From Adineta vaga (lineage: Eukaryota; Animalia; Rotifera): DNA of 64,000 nucleotides. Both the position numbers and the translations under genes were made by a program. The notes below the pieces were generated by a model. That model saw only the letters and a program-made list of their open reading frames with translations. It was not told the origin of the DNA and did no database searches. The stretch's first letter is position 1, and each line of letters opens with the position of its first letter. The stretch lies in NCBI GenBank assembly GCA_021613535.1, contig CP075493.1:7068001-7132000 (forward strand), given 5' to 3'. Below, piece by piece: positions 1 through 14,735 of the stretch.

Positions 1-605
1 TTTATTTCGAAAGATTATGTCGCTTAGCAACCATACGCTGAACTATACTCTAAATGAGTTTTACTTTTAATTTCTAAATTTCTTCACAATAATTTTCTTC
101 AAGGAACCAAATATTTCATAGATCATATGTTATATTCATGAAAATTATAGATGTCACTTTTGCACATTTGTGCACTATATATCGCCATTGTTTCCCGTTT
201 GTAGTCCTTCACTTATTCATTCATCTCCTATGTCTGTACTAGAATACTAAATATCGATGGAATTCATTTAAATTAGACATAGTTGTAATTATGAAATTCT
301 TTTTTTTACCTTTATAAATTACGAATCATTTTGAATTTACGCAAGATAAGATATTCTTCGTCTTTATTTTGTATTTAAGTAGCATTTTTTTTGTTTCTAG
401 ATTTCTCTCTGTCCTTAATCGTCGACCGACAGAAGATTTTTCATAATTATTGTAGACATAAAACTTATTCTTCTTTCTTTCTATTACGATTTCTGATCAA
501 TCAGCTTTTATTTAGTCGTCTTGGTGTACGATTAGTCACATTCTGTGCGTCATTTCTTTATTTTCGCATGATCGCTACATCAATATTATTCGTTAATTTA
601 TCGTC

Positions 606-3600
606 ATGTCTGTTCCGAGTAAATCTATTGATAAAAATAAACGTTATGCTGGTGTCAAAACAAATGATTTCGTAAACAAAGCACGAACAAACGAAGCGAG
701 TCGAGCACCTGGTAAGTGACAAATTTTCTTAACTAGAAAATGAATTTCATACTTTATTCTCTAATAAATATGTTTTTCTTCTCTCATGCTAGCTCGTACT
801 CAAGGATGGGCGAACCTCGGAAAAATCAATAGTCGACGAATACCGCCACCGGCTAATGTTCCAAGTTTAAAAAGTGAAACTAATGCCAGTACATCATCAT
901 TCGATCCAACAATGCCAACGAGTACTAGTCATGGATGGACAGCAAGTGGAAATCAGACAGCAACCAATCTCGCTAATAATCAAGCACGTCCATTAACACC
1001 ATCGAAACAGCCAACACAACAGCAACTTGATTCTTTACCAGCTAGTGCATCTACGCCACCACCATATTCACAGCAACCATCATCTTTACTTTCATCAGAT
1101 CTAGATAAACATCGTGGACAAGCAAGTTGGAGTACAGTAACAGCTGGTCAAACTAATGATCATCCACCAAATTTACTTGGTTTAAATGATTTCCCACGTT
1201 TAGTTACACAAGATAATAAAAGTACAAAATCACCATCAGATTCATTAATTAGTTCGATATCGTCGACAACAGCACAAGGACCAAGTTTTCGACCAGCAAA
1301 TCTAGCATCCTGGAAGGAAGGCGGTGGTCGTCTTCAACCAATGTCATCTGATCTAGTGAAAGACTCCAATGAAAATAATAATAATTCTAATCTATCAAGT
1401 TTATCTATGCAATCACAAATCTTACCAACTAATACGAATTCTAATCTACTTCAATCACAAATGTCAAATGCAAATAATTCATCATATATGCGAATGTATC
1501 CACAACAACAACAACAGCAGCAGCAACAACAACAACAACAAATGGTAAGATTTAATTATTTAACAATTATTTTTATTTTCAAAATTTATTCTCGTTCTTT
1601 TTCTCTTCTAGTGGTCATATAATACAGGTAATTCCTATAGTTCATATGGAACAAATCAAGCGCCTGCATCCATACCGATACATCAATTACACCATCAACA
1701 ACGTTCATCCTCGTACGGTAATAATAATCAATCATCTCAACATCAACGTTTAAATACGTCTACGGACTATAAAACTCCAACAATTCTACGAAACAAAGAT
1801 ATTGATGATCTATCGAAAATTACAGCAAATGTTACATGGGCCAGTGCATCTCAGGAAGTTAATTATGAAGAAAAAATTCGCTTTAGTGATGATGAAGATA
1901 ATGATATTAATGATACGAATACTACAAAATCTCGTCGATATGGTAATAATAATTCACAACAACAATTCCGACAAACATATCCTCATGTTTTACAAAATAA
2001 TAATCGTACATCACACCCAAATTATTCACAACAACAACAATCTAGTACACATTCACGTTTATTACATGAAGATGATCATGTTAAACAAATGCAAGATGAT
2101 AAAAATTCAGAATTAATTAGTACATTAACAGTAGCTAAACAGAGACGTGATGAACAAGAACGAAATCTTCGAGATACAGTGTCACAACGACCAACAACTT
2201 CGACGACAGTTTCCAAATCATTTGATGAACAAAAACAAGTACCTGGTTATCAAACACGTCCTTTGTTAAGTTCTACGGGTCAAGAAAATCTACCAGCAAC
2301 ACAAACTGAATCAACATCCTTATGGGGACAATCAAATAGTGGAACAACAACCTCACGTACTCGTCATGATACAACAGATAGTCAACAATTTGCAATGAAG
2401 AGTTGGTCAGATCAAATGGATTCATTCAATTATGCTTCACTTCATGAAAAGTACGTCATCGATTGTCTTCAACTTTCTAGATATTCATCGTCATTCATTC
2501 AAAAGTAATCGTTTATGAAATAAGAACTTTACTCTTGTGTAACATGAGACGAATTATCAATGGGAGTCTATAGACAAAAACCATGAGAGAATATTTTGTC
2601 TAGCTGTATGTCAAAATATGACTTCATTTGAGTAGTCAATGACAATATCGTTACAGAAAGAACTTGATCCAATGTATTCTTAGCCTTGAATGGAAGAAAC
2701 ATTTCAACAATATTAATTTCTTGACTATGATTATAGAAAAGATTTCTTGATTGATCTCGTCCTAATCGACTTGAGAGACAAATGATCCAAAGAAAAAAGT
2801 GAAAATTCATGATAAAACGCTTGAAAAAAAATAGAATCAATTCTGGTTTGATTGTTCAACAGAAATTTATGTTATAGAAATCATCTATTATTTGTTTTAG
2901 ATCCGGTGTTGATGTTGATGACCATAATGATGATACTACTGTTGGAGGTACCAGTGGTCTATCTGTACCACATAAATATAGTCGATCACATAGTGAATCA
3001 AGTTCTCAATCTCAAGTTGATAATGGATCAACTGTAAATCGATCAAAACATTTTCCATTATCAAATCGTAGACAACAAAAATCGGATACGACATCATCAA
3101 AAACCACTACAAATACTTCTCGTTTGAAATCTAAAAGGACTGATGTCATCAATTATTTTGATAATAATGAGCAACAAATTAAATCTAATGACCATTGGGG
3201 TGAGTGGGAAGATTCCAGTTATTCAAACAATAATCGTTACCAGCAACAAAACGCCAATGATCGACGTCGTCAACAACAACACCAATCGACCGATGATCTT
3301 TCACAAAAATCAAATCGTTATAATGAACAAACGCATGATTACAATCGCACGAAACAATCAATAAAATCACGTTCTAATGGTATATCAATTAACGAACTAT
3401 GTTTTCCTAGATATTTCTTTTCTTTTCTTCTAGTAGCTCCACGTCCAACAGATTTACCAACATCAACAACAGCAACAGCTACAGCTACAGCTACAGCAAC
3501 AACAACAACAACAACAATAGCGTCAAAGTCAGAAAATAAAGCACAATCTAATAAAAATCAACGACCATGGCGTCCTTTATCACCTGCACGACCGCTTGAT

Positions 3601-6600
3601 CCAAATGATCCAACACCACAAGAATCTGTTTCATACAAATCTGAATCAAAATTGAATGATCTCACTGATCGTCGACAATCTGCACCAATTGAACGTAAAC
3701 AACGATATGCATCGACTCCAACAACACTCAATACATCATCGATTCCATCGTTAATGAGTGTTCGATCTGATGTTTTACCAACATCTCTTGCACAAACAAA
3801 TCCTTCATCATCATTAACTTCAAAACATTATAAAACTTCAAATCAATCTCAACGACAAGATTATAATAGTTCATCACATTATTCTCAACGAAATGATTTC
3901 TATAATGAAACTAATGATTCTACATGGGGTAATGATGATGATTATTATGAAGATGAAACAGGTTATTATGATCCAAATGCTCAAACACATCAACGTCATC
4001 ATAATTCGATGGGTTATCATTCACATACACATCATCGTGGTTATACCACCTTAGGTTCTTATGGACGTTATCGTCGTGGTGGAACACTTCGTCATCAACA
4101 ACAATATTCTACTTATAATACAAATAATACATCAGGTACATCTTCTTCGCAATTCAATACAAATACAGGATCAACAAAGAAAAAAACACCAATTACTCGA
4201 ACAACACCAAACAAAAATAAAGAAGCTATCAGTGAATCATCAGAACAACAACCGTCCACTATTGTTGAATCATCAAATGTTATTTCAGATAGTGTCGTAA
4301 AAAAACCATCAGCATGGTCGACTGATACTCAACCATCAAAAGTGGAAGAGATTCCAATTATTAAATCAGTTGAAACTCCTACTGTTCCATCATCAATTAC
4401 AATTGAAAAACCAATTGAATCAACAATAACAACTACGGAACCAATGAAAAATGATAATGAATCCAATCTTCTTGTTCAATCTGAATCTGAATTACCAAAC
4501 AAAAAAACAACTACAACAATCGCTTCTTCACAAAAGAAATCTAGTAGAGATCAACAAAATTATCAGCAAGATCAATGCTATCAAAATCAACAAGTATCTC
4601 GTCATCGAACGAATTATTCACGTTCTATGCAAGGTAAATAAAATCTAATCTTTTGAAGATTTTCTTCCAAATAAAATTCTTTTTATTTAGATTATGAATC
4701 CATGCAAATGTCTGCTCAGAATTATTATGGTACAAATCATCGAACAACAGGTGGAAGTCGAAATGCGCGTATGCATGATTTATCCAGTGGTTATTATTAT
4801 GAACCTTCTCAACAGTATGAATCAAAAAATCACTAAAATTTGTTTGTTTTTTTCATCTTTAATTACTGTTCGTCTTCATTTTTAGACGTTATAATAATCG
4901 ATATAATTATTCTAATGAACACTATCCTCAATCACGTTCAACAATTAAAACAACGAAACGTGGAGGTTCATCTTCTACAATTGATCGTCAACAAAAGAAA
5001 TCCAAAACAATTACGACTAGTAATAATACTTCAAGTAGTGCTCGTCAACCGTCCGTTAGTGATAATGAATTAAAAGAAGGTGAAGAATGGGAAACAGCAT
5101 CTGAATCAAGTACGAACATGCGTAATACTCATCATGATAATAATCAACAACAGACGCATAAACCAACTACTACTACTACTACCACTACTACTAATGACAT
5201 GAAAGCAATTGATCATGAACGAACACCACCAAAGAAAAGCTTTTCCAGTCAAAGGTAATAATTGATGAATTGAACGAGCGAAATCTTTATAGTTTTCTTT
5301 TCACACATATCTGTTTAGACCATTGAGTGCACGTCATAATGAAAGTGGTATTCATCGTCGTACATATAATATATACGATCGCAGTAATAAAGCTAGTCGA
5401 GGTCTTGTCAGTCATCGTACTGGTCGTTTATCTTCAAATTTCAAACAAAGTTCGCCACAGAAAACTGATGGAGAAAAGTAAGAACAAATGTCGTATCTCT
5501 TCAAATTATATATCATAAAAATTCAATTTTTAGTTCAACAACAAAACAAATGGGAACAAGTAGAAAAGATCAACATCGTCATTCACTTGATGGTTATGAT
5601 TTAAATAATGTTGCTGGAGTTGTTAAAATTGAAACATTACCAGCTGGTGCATTAGAAGAAGAAAGTACAGCATTTGATGATGGTGGTGAAGAATTTTGTG
5701 TTGTTATGTCAAAACGTGGTCGAAAAGAACAAAAAGCAGCACAATTATCAAAACAAAATGCAATTGAATCAACTACAGAACAAATAACGAAATCTACTTC
5801 AGTTGATAATGATGAACAACAACCCAATGAAGTAAAAATAAAATGATAAAAGTTAAATTATATAAAAATATGTTTCTTCTAGAAATCGTCAAATGACGAC
5901 AATCAAACGAACTCTACGCGTGCGCGAAATGATAAATCTCTTCCACCACGTTTTAATAGTAAATCTACGACACGTCAACATAATACGAAAAATGAGCATC
6001 AGAATAATTCAATATATTATTACGATCAAAATTATTATTATTATGATCAAAGTCAATATTATGATCATGATAATTCTTATTATAATTACGGAAATTACAA
6101 TCAATCTCATCGACAAACATCAACACGTCGAAAACAACGTAGTCAACAAAATCAAGATAGTAATACTATCGATGAACAATTAAACGAGAGAAAAATTGAG
6201 TCAAATGTACCTGATAAAACACATACAATACCATCAAATGTTATGTCTAATATTCAAATGTGGGATCCACATACAGATAGTACAATATCAAAATCTAGTA
6301 AATTGATTGAAAAACGTAAGTTTACAATGAAATCATTGTTGTATGTTACGAGAGACAATCAACTAAAGTTTAACTAGATGTTTTCTATTGATCGTTAGTT
6401 TTTAGTTTCTATTAACTTTAACTTATGTTCATTATCTCAGATTGTCTCTATAGAACATCTTGTTTTTTTTAACAAAATCTTTTATGATCTTTTCAGCTAC
6501 ACATGATCGTAAATTTGGAAATGAAATAGCACCACCTTCATCATCATCAAATGATGCATCACTACCACTTCATCCACGAACTGTATCTGCAGTAAGAGAA

Positions 6601-9453
6601 TAAAATCTTTTGTTTTTCTATCAATCTTAATCTTTTGTTTTAATAAAAGCTACCTGCTCATTCAACGGCGTCGAAAACTAATGAAACTATTGCACGCACT
6701 ATAAAACCACCCAGTACAGATAATAAAACAGATCGTGATAATAAAGTAATGCATTCAATTATGTTATAATGAATCATTTAAAGAAAATTTTTATTCTAAT
6801 TTAGACCAAATCGTCTAGTTACGAAAAGAATGATACAATATCATCATTAGGTTCCAATCAATTATTTGAAAAAGTAACTTACTTTGATTGTCCTAAAATG
6901 ACTATTTAAATTACGTCTATTTTCAGAGTACATTTTTGGATTATGATGATAAACAATCAATTGGTACAGTTGGTGATGATTTAAATCAGAAAATTAATTC
7001 TATCAAAACTATTTGGGACATATCAGATCATCCAAGGTAAATTATCATCAAATGTTTTTTTTTAATATTATAAAACATCTTTATTGATCCAATACATATT
7101 TGATTTCAATAGACAACTTGAACAAACTATCAATACAATGGTTGCTATGAAACAACAACAACAAGAAAATAATATTCAATCGAATAGTTCAGCAAAAACT
7201 GATAGTTATGTTCCAGAATCGATTCCAACATCATCAGCAAATAAATCTGGTCCGAATACGAATGTTTCATCGTCCGTTAATGATGATACACATAGTAAAA
7301 ATCCACCAACAGTTCCTGGTTTACAATCAACTGGATCTTCATCAACAATGAATCAATCAGCAACTTATTCATCAACAAGTGGTTCAAATAAAAATGAACA
7401 GAAAAACATTTGTACCGTAAGTGTTTCTCATAAGATGTGATTTGTTGAAAAAGAATTCTAACTTTTAATCAATATATCTTTAGGTAAAACCTACTCAACA
7501 AGTTGCACCAAATATTCAAGATCAAGTCGATGTTGGCGGTTATCCACCATTTCCACCTCCTACTTTACAAGCACCGATGTCTCAAGTTTCGTTACAACAA
7601 CAACAACAACATCTTCTCCCTCAATCACAAGTCAATCCTTTACATCAACAACCTTCATATCCATTCTATGAAGGTCTTTTACCGCCACACCCTCAACAAC
7701 AACCACCACCACCACAGCAACAACAAGCATTCAATCGAGTAAGATTCGCAGTTCTGATAATTCTTTTTTCTTCATTCGAGACGTTGAGATTTTTCAATTC
7801 CGAACAAAAAACTATCCTATTCCCGTCTATCCCATATTTATATGTATATAGATTTATTCATCAACTTCAAATACTACCAGTACAGATCCGATAAATTCAG
7901 ATTTTTCGGGTATTCAATCTTCACAGATCGTAAGTCTGTCTCTGTATCCTTGCTTGTTTCATCGTTGTAAACGTAAACATCTTCATACATATATGTATAT
8001 ACATATCTTTCTGTTCGATGAACATTTAAAAACTATTTTTAATCAAATTCATATGTGTTTTATTCATACACTCTATTCATGCTTGTCTCTATTTACATAT
8101 ATAGCAGTGAACACGCTATGCTGGTATCATTTAACTAACACGGATATAGATTTTGCAATAGGTGTCATAGTGATCCACTGCAATTCACTTTGTTTCTTTT
8201 TTTTAGTATCCACCGCAAAATTTTTCTTTTCGAAATACAAATATGTACATGCAACCACCACCACCAAATGTACCAAATACAAATTCTATTTATCATCATA
8301 CTTCACAAGGTTCAATATCTGGTAAGTTGTTTTTCCAATCAATATTCGTAGCTAAATGTTCTTCGCTTCTCTCTTCTAATTAAGCGCCACCTCAAAATAA
8401 TGCTTTACCACCTCCACCACCAATGCCTAGTTACCCATCACCTTTTCTAGTTGATCATGGTGCTCATATGCTTGGACAAGCACAACCACCGCAAGGATAT
8501 ATGAGTAAGCTTTTTCTTTGTATTTTCTTAGAAAGTATATTTCTTTTATTATTCTTTATTTACAGACAACCAAATTATGTCTGGTCGGCCACTGGTCCGT
8601 TCTATCGAACACCCCCACCACAACAGATACAAACACCTCCAGGACCACCTTATGGCTCCCAAGATCCATTAGGTCATGGTGGATATTATCCAACATTCTT
8701 TCCACCACCGAATTCAAATGCTCCTGGACATCCAACAACTCATAATGTAAGGTTCACTAGAATTTCTCATTATTTTGATAACATTATCGAGTCGAATATC
8801 ACATATGAAATACTTATACTGTACAGACATCTGAGCAAACTAAATTTTCTTTTCTTGCTATTTTAATTACAAAACGAAACAATCTATATATATATATTAT
8901 TTCTTTTTAGTTATATGGGCAAAATGAAGGATTTCATCCAGGTCATCCTCAGCTATTTACTCGTGGTGGCTCAATAGATCGTAATGATCATTCATTAATG
9001 TCTCAAGCATTATCTCGTCAAACAAATTATCCTTCAAACTCATCCAATCAACAACAACAAGGTCCACCACCATCTCTATTATCACAAAACTTGAAACCAC
9101 CATTTCATACTAATCAACAACAATCATCATCAGCTAATCAGCCTTCATTCTATCCTCCACCACCACCACCAAATCAATTTAATCGACCACCGGTACCTAT
9201 CGGTGCGATGAATTCTGCGAACAATCGTCCCCAAAATCAACAAGTGCCGAGTTTAATGAGTGGTTTCAGTAAAAATATTTCAAATACTGGTAATAATATG
9301 AATAATACTCAACCATTATTTCAACAACGTCAACCATTATTGCCTCCACAATCGAACAATAATCGTTCTCTATATCAACATCATCCACCATATCCAAACT
9401 ATTCAAAATCAACTGGTTCGAATGATGATAATGTTAAGCAAAAGCATACATAA
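606..9453 (+). CDS. PRRC2: PRRC2/BAT2-family (nocte-like) large disordered RNA/translation-associated protein, multi-exon
   Basis: ATG at 606; intron 712-792 joins MSVPSK...RAPA to RTQGWANLGKINSRRIPPPANVPSLKSE (BAT2_N motif). Also NDFPRL, GPSFRPANLASWKEGGGR, WASASQEVNYEEKIRFSDDED and SLPPRF, plus Q/P-rich exons ending at TAA 9453. Internal exon boundaries only partly traced. Confidence 0.85.
1502..1541 (+). repeat. CAA/CAG polyglutamine tract in PRRC2-like exon
   Basis: (CAA/CAG)n encoding Q13 in ORF 786-1622. Confidence 0.9.
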
Positions 9454-9995
9454 ACAGATTCTTTGACATTTGCTTTCTTTTTTTTTCTTTCGCGTCTCTC
9501 ATTTCACACTTATTCATTCTTTATGCTTCATTTTTTTCTTCTCTTTTTTCCTCCTTTCTGTTGCTGTTGTGTGTGTGCGTGTGTTGATTACAAGAGAAAA
9601 CTATCATTTTCGTTTTTTCTGGCCCACATAATTGATTATTCGATATTGTGTATATGTGTCACATTTTTCTCCTTACTCTTCTCTTTCTTCATTTCGTTGT
9701 TATTGTTGCTGTTGTTGTGCTCGAAAGTAAAACAAAAAAAATCATTCAACACAAGACACTTGTCTTCTATTCTCAAGAAAAGAAATCAGCACACTCTTCC
9801 TTATCCTTGTTCTGCTTATTTCATTTCATTTTTTTGTATAGCAATCCATGTTTCTCTCTTTTTTTTACCATATTTACAGACAATACACTTAAACGTTCGT
9901 TTGTCTTTAAGAAACAGACAAAAAAAAAACTAAAAGATTTGTGTTCGTGTTCTTTCGTTTTCTATTTATATTCGATCATATGTTTCAGATCAAAC

Positions 9996-11248
9996 ATGTC
10001 GACTGGAAAAGATATCGACGAAGAACGTCTATTACTTTTAGAACGTTTAAATACGTTAAATCCAGCGGAATTACATGCATTCGATTTACAATTAACATTA
10101 TTACGAACAGCATTTGAATCGTATAAACGTGAAACTGTATTTAAACCTTGTCCATCATTTCTTCTTGGACTTGATGATGATCAATTGGTAAGAATACTGA
10201 TTTGAAATAGAAATCGAATAAATTATTATTGAATGATTTTCAGCGTAATGTCTTACGTTTACCACCTGTTACGGTATTCATTTCCATATTCGATCAATTG
10301 AGTGATTTACAAATTCTATTACTTAATTGGCTTCTTACTCGTGATACATTTAAATTGAATGTTGTACCCGTAGAATCGGTAAGTGAAATGAAAAGACATA
10401 GTTGATAATATTTTGGAACTATTTTATCAGGCACTTTCACTTGTTAAACATCAATTATCTGTACCATCACCAGAATTTGCTTTCGAAATCAATTATAATG
10501 AAATTCGTAATGAACGTTTTCATGATTTAACACAAAATGATCGCTATAAAACTTTCTATGCATATCATGGTACACGCTTAGATAATCTTCATTCGATTCT
10601 TCATATTGGTTTTCTTGGACATATGAATAAATTATCATTGTTTGGTTCGGGAACATATTTTTCCTTGGAACCATCCGTTTCACTTCATTATTCACCATTT
10701 GCTAGTGTGTGGGCAAATAGTCTTTTAGGAAAAAGACTAAGTTGTCTTCTATTATGTGAAATTATTGATCATCCTGATCATGTAAAATGTGCAATCGAAA
10801 GTAAAATATTTCTTTCGTTTGTTTGTGTTTTTTCCATCAATTTGAATTTGTAGACGGAACAACAACTAATCAGGAACGACGAATTGTCAGTGATACTCAA
10901 GCTGGTGCTGTACCTGAGAAATATGTTGTAGTAACATCCAATGAACTTGTACGAGTAAAATATATTCTTATTTATTCAGAACCGAATGATTTAATACAGT
11001 AATGAAAATAGTTTTACTTTTTTGTATCAAATTCAAACTCATTTTATCAATTTAGATTAAATCAAATGACCAGATCTCGTTTACGAACATTTTTTTCGGC
11101 GAATCGTTACAATCTTTATTTAATTTTCTATTTTATTCTTCTTTTATTAATTGGATTTTTCAATTCGAATCTGTTCAAATTCTATTGGCGACTATTTAAA
11201 AAACGTTCTAATCATCTATTTTCGGGTTCATGGCATCTAACTCAATAA
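9996..11248 (+). CDS. PARP16: PARP16-like tail-anchored mono-ADP-ribosyltransferase
   Basis: MSTGKDIDEE start. Catalytic-domain motifs YAYHGTRLDNLHSIL, SLFGSGTYFS, SLHYSP, VPEKYVVVTSNELVRVKYILIY. C-terminal hydrophobic anchor LYLIFYFILLLLIGFF. Four short introns. Confidence 0.88.
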
Positions 11249-11518
11249 GTTGACTCGATTCGTTTTGTGCTATATTTTTAAAATACAATGTGCTTGTGTA
11301 AATGATACCTGAACGGGAATGAAAAGAGAACAAAAACAAAACTTTGTTTTCTTTTCTTGTCTTTTTGATTGATGTTTGTTTTTATTTCAAATGATAATTA
11401 AGAATACAAAAACAGACTTATATATGTAATGAAATACACGCATATCGATATATAAAGAATTCAAACTGTGATCAGATTTATGATTATCGAAATAAATGCA
11501 GTTTAAAATGTTTCTTTG

Positions 11519-12805
11519 TTATGATCGAGCTGTAGCAATTACTGTTCGATTGAAAAAATCGGCAACTATTGTTCGATTTTGTTGAGGATCATTATTGAGA
11601 TATTTCATAAAAAGAGGATATTCAAAGAAATTCTGTGGTAATGGTCGTTCAGCTGGATTTTTTGAAAGACATTGTTGAATTATTGTAGCAAATTCAGATG
11701 AATAACCACGATTTGCTGGTAAAATTGGTGTAGCTTCATATACAATACATTGTACTAATTCAATAGGTCGAACTGCTAATGGTGGACCTTGATTTTCACT
11801 ATGAAATGGATACTTTCCTAGACCCATTTCAAGAATAGTCATACCAACACCCCAAATTTCTGATGGAATACTATATTCATCGGAAATGACTCGTTCCGGT
11901 GCCATATATTTATGTGTACCAATAAATGTTGCCACTTTTTGACCAATCGTTTCCAACACTCGACTAACACCAAAATCACATAATTTTACTGAGCCAACAC
12001 TATTCACAAGAGCATTCGATGGTTTAACATCACGATGCAAAATTTTACGGCTCCACATAGACATCAAACCTTGAATCATCGATAATGTAATATGAACGAG
12101 TACATTTTCAGGAACATGAATACCAATATATTGTTCCAGTGAACCTCGATCCATAAATTCTGTACAAATATGAACCGAATTTTCATGTAAATAAGCACCA
12201 TGTAATTGAACAATGTAATCGGAATGAAGAGTATTTAAAGCATTTAATTCAGTAACAATTTCATGTTTTTTTTCTTCTTTTTGAAAATCTAATGAAATAA
12301 TTTTAACTGCAAGAATTTGTTGAGTTTGACGATTTCGACATCGTCGTACGACACCACCATTTCCTGTACCAATGATTTCAAGCATATCAAGAGATAACAT
12401 ATTTCCTGATGCAAGTATATGTTCAACATTAGCTTCAAGATAAGCAAAATTCTTTTTCTTTTGATCAGGTTGATCATCAGATAATGATGATATTGTATCG
12501 ATTGTTAAATTAGCATGATTACGATTCACAATCGGTTGAAGTTTAAGATTTGGTTTCGATGATAATTGTTCTTGACAGAGACGATAATAAAATTCTCGTA
12601 ATGGACCCATTTCAAGTTCACTTGAGACGGTAACACGATCACCATCATCATCGACATAAATAAATGATGTAAATGGATGTCTACATGTTGGAAATGTTCG
12701 TTGAATTAATCGAAGTATTGTATCAAAGGTTAAGAAATGTTCAGATTCTAATCTTGCTGAACGACATTCACGTCCAAATTGAAACTGAATTTCGATCGAA
12801 TTCAT
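11519..12805 (-). CDS. MAP2K5: MEK5-like MAP kinase kinase (PB1 + kinase), intronless CDS
   Basis: N-terminal PB1 OPCA motif YVDDDGDRVTVSSELE. Kinase motifs GTGNGG, AVK, HRDVKPSN, KLCDFGVS, YMAPER. Confidence 0.88.
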   Translation of the reverse strand: MNSIEIQFQFGRECRSARLESEHFLTFDTILRLIQRTFPTCRHPFTSFIYVDDDGDRVTVSSELEMGPLREFYYRLCQEQLSSKPNLKLQPIVNRNHANLTIDTISSLSDDQPDQKKKNFAYLEANVEHILASGNMLSLDMLEIIGTGNGGVVRRCRNRQTQQILAVKIISLDFQKEEKKHEIVTELNALNTLHSDYIVQLHGAYLHENSVHICTEFMDRGSLEQYIGIHVPENVLVHITLSMIQGLMSMWSRKILHRDVKPSNALVNSVGSVKLCDFGVSRVLETIGQKVATFIGTHKYMAPERVISDEYSIPSEIWGVGMTILEMGLGKYPFHSENQGPPLAVRPIELVQCIVYEATPILPANRGYSSEFATIIQQCLSKNPAERPLPQNFFEYPLFMKYLNNDPQQNRTIVADFFNRTVIATARS

Positions 12806-14506
12806 ACTTAATCTGTTTGTTTTACCTTCGAAAAATGAAATGTGCTTTGGTTTTGTTTTTCTTTCACTTCATTAAAAAGCAGCTGACACCATGATGAGAT
12901 TCTTCTTTTCCGTCTCCTTCATCTGTCTAGATTGATTACGTAATGATCTAATACATAAATATACTCATAACAGCAAAAAGTGTTCTTTAACAAAGAACTA
13001 ATGTCTATACATATATCAAATTATATAGACCATGTATTATAGGATACAATTTGGGATTTTTTTCTCTGACTCTCTCTCTCTCTTTTTCTTTTACATCAAT
13101 GTGTATTCACTGAAATAATCATTCTGTCATCGAAACGTCGATTTCAATAGCACTCAGCTGACACACATATACATGCATGGACATGCTTTTTCTCTTTTTT
13201 TTTCACGTTCGTTTGCGCATTACTCTTTTTCAATCTGATTGTGCATACACTACTTATATGTCAATATTTTGACAGAATCAGTCGTCCTCGCCAAACTTGA
13301 AATTTATGCTTACTAGAATAAAAAAAAGTAAATTCTTTTTCTTTTCCAATAGATCATAATCATTTCTATTATGCAGAAAAGTGACTTTCGTTTTCTCTTT
13401 CTTTTTATTCATCATTGATAATGTCATACAAGTGTGCTTCTCAATGAAACGACAGTCAAGAAAAAGGTAGATAAGAGAAAAAGAAGGAAGTTTATCTATA
13501 TGTACATACATATACATATACATATACGTAGAAATAAAGCACGTATGTATGATTTATTTACTACTGATTAGTATTAGACATAACATTCAGGCAGATGGAT
13601 GATGTTGAACGTGCTTATAGGCACAAGTATGTATTAAGGAAAAAGCAGATCACAAGGGTAACATTTATTGTATTTGAACAAGATGATTATATTCATGATC
13701 GGATTGTTAAAACGAGTTCACAACGATAAACAACATATGGATGGAGTTCTTTGTTCTCTCCGACATATCATACTTGTCACTGATGTGCTCGATTTGTGAA
13801 AAAAATGACTCTTTATATGATAGAATCTTAGTTGAATGTCTCATGACAATGAGCTTTTTCACACCTGTTATTGTTCATATATTTGTATATGTGATATGCG
13901 ACTCTATCATCTTTCAATTGTTTACAACCTTTTCAACTCTATCCTTTTTCGGTTCTCTCTCGCTCTTCCCATTTCTTTCTCATGTAGCATGTATATTGCG
14001 TCATTTGATGCTATGGGGCGGGCGAAATTCTATCGTTTACTTGTCGTTTCTTTTATGGGTTGAAATTCTGTGCAACTAAGAAGCGCACAAACTTTCTTAT
14101 TCTCTTGTCCTCAGTCTGTGCTATGCATGCCTGTTCGATGGATGGCATGAGTAACGAGAACTCTCTCTCTCCTTCGTCGTCGTCTTCTTCTTCTTCCGTT
14201 CGTATTATAACAACTCATAAGGGTACTACTACCCCCTATCGACTACAATACTCATCAGGAAGGATGAAGGAAAGAAAAGCGAGTAGGAGAGAAAGAAACG
14301 ACGAAAAAGATGGAGAAAAAACGTCAGCAAATGGCAGTAACGAGAAAATGTCATTTCCATTTCTTCTTCTTTTCCGTCGGTCGCGTTCCATCAACAGTGT
14401 GCAATAGTTTAGTGGCGGTGGTGGTGGTGGACGACGGTCGGACGGGTTCAACATTGACGAACGTCATTCTTTCTTTTTTTCTTTACCTGTGCAATTGAAG
14501 ACGAAC

Positions 14507-14535
14507 GAAGAAGAAGAAGAAGAAGAAGAAGAAGA
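14507..14535 (+). repeat. (GAA)n microsatellite
   Basis: About 9 tandem GAA units. Confidence 0.85.
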
Positions 14536-14735
14536 GAACGAAAGAGGCAGTTGATTACCATCGCCATGTACATGTTCGTCATGTATACTTGCTTTCACTC
14601 TATTCATTTTTCTGCTCTTCTAGACAAGCCGTCAATACTGTCCAGCATATCAATGCGATACGATTGATTTAAAATTTTGGAAAAGAAAACAAAACCGAAC
14701 CGTTTATTTATAGACTTTTACACATCTATCTATCG

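Noticed and set aside
9463-9933. Hydrophobic 156-aa ORF and similar Phe/Leu-rich ORFs (391-675, 13741-14079, 57420-57904)
   Set aside because: By-products of T-rich UTR/intergenic sequence, with no domain signal
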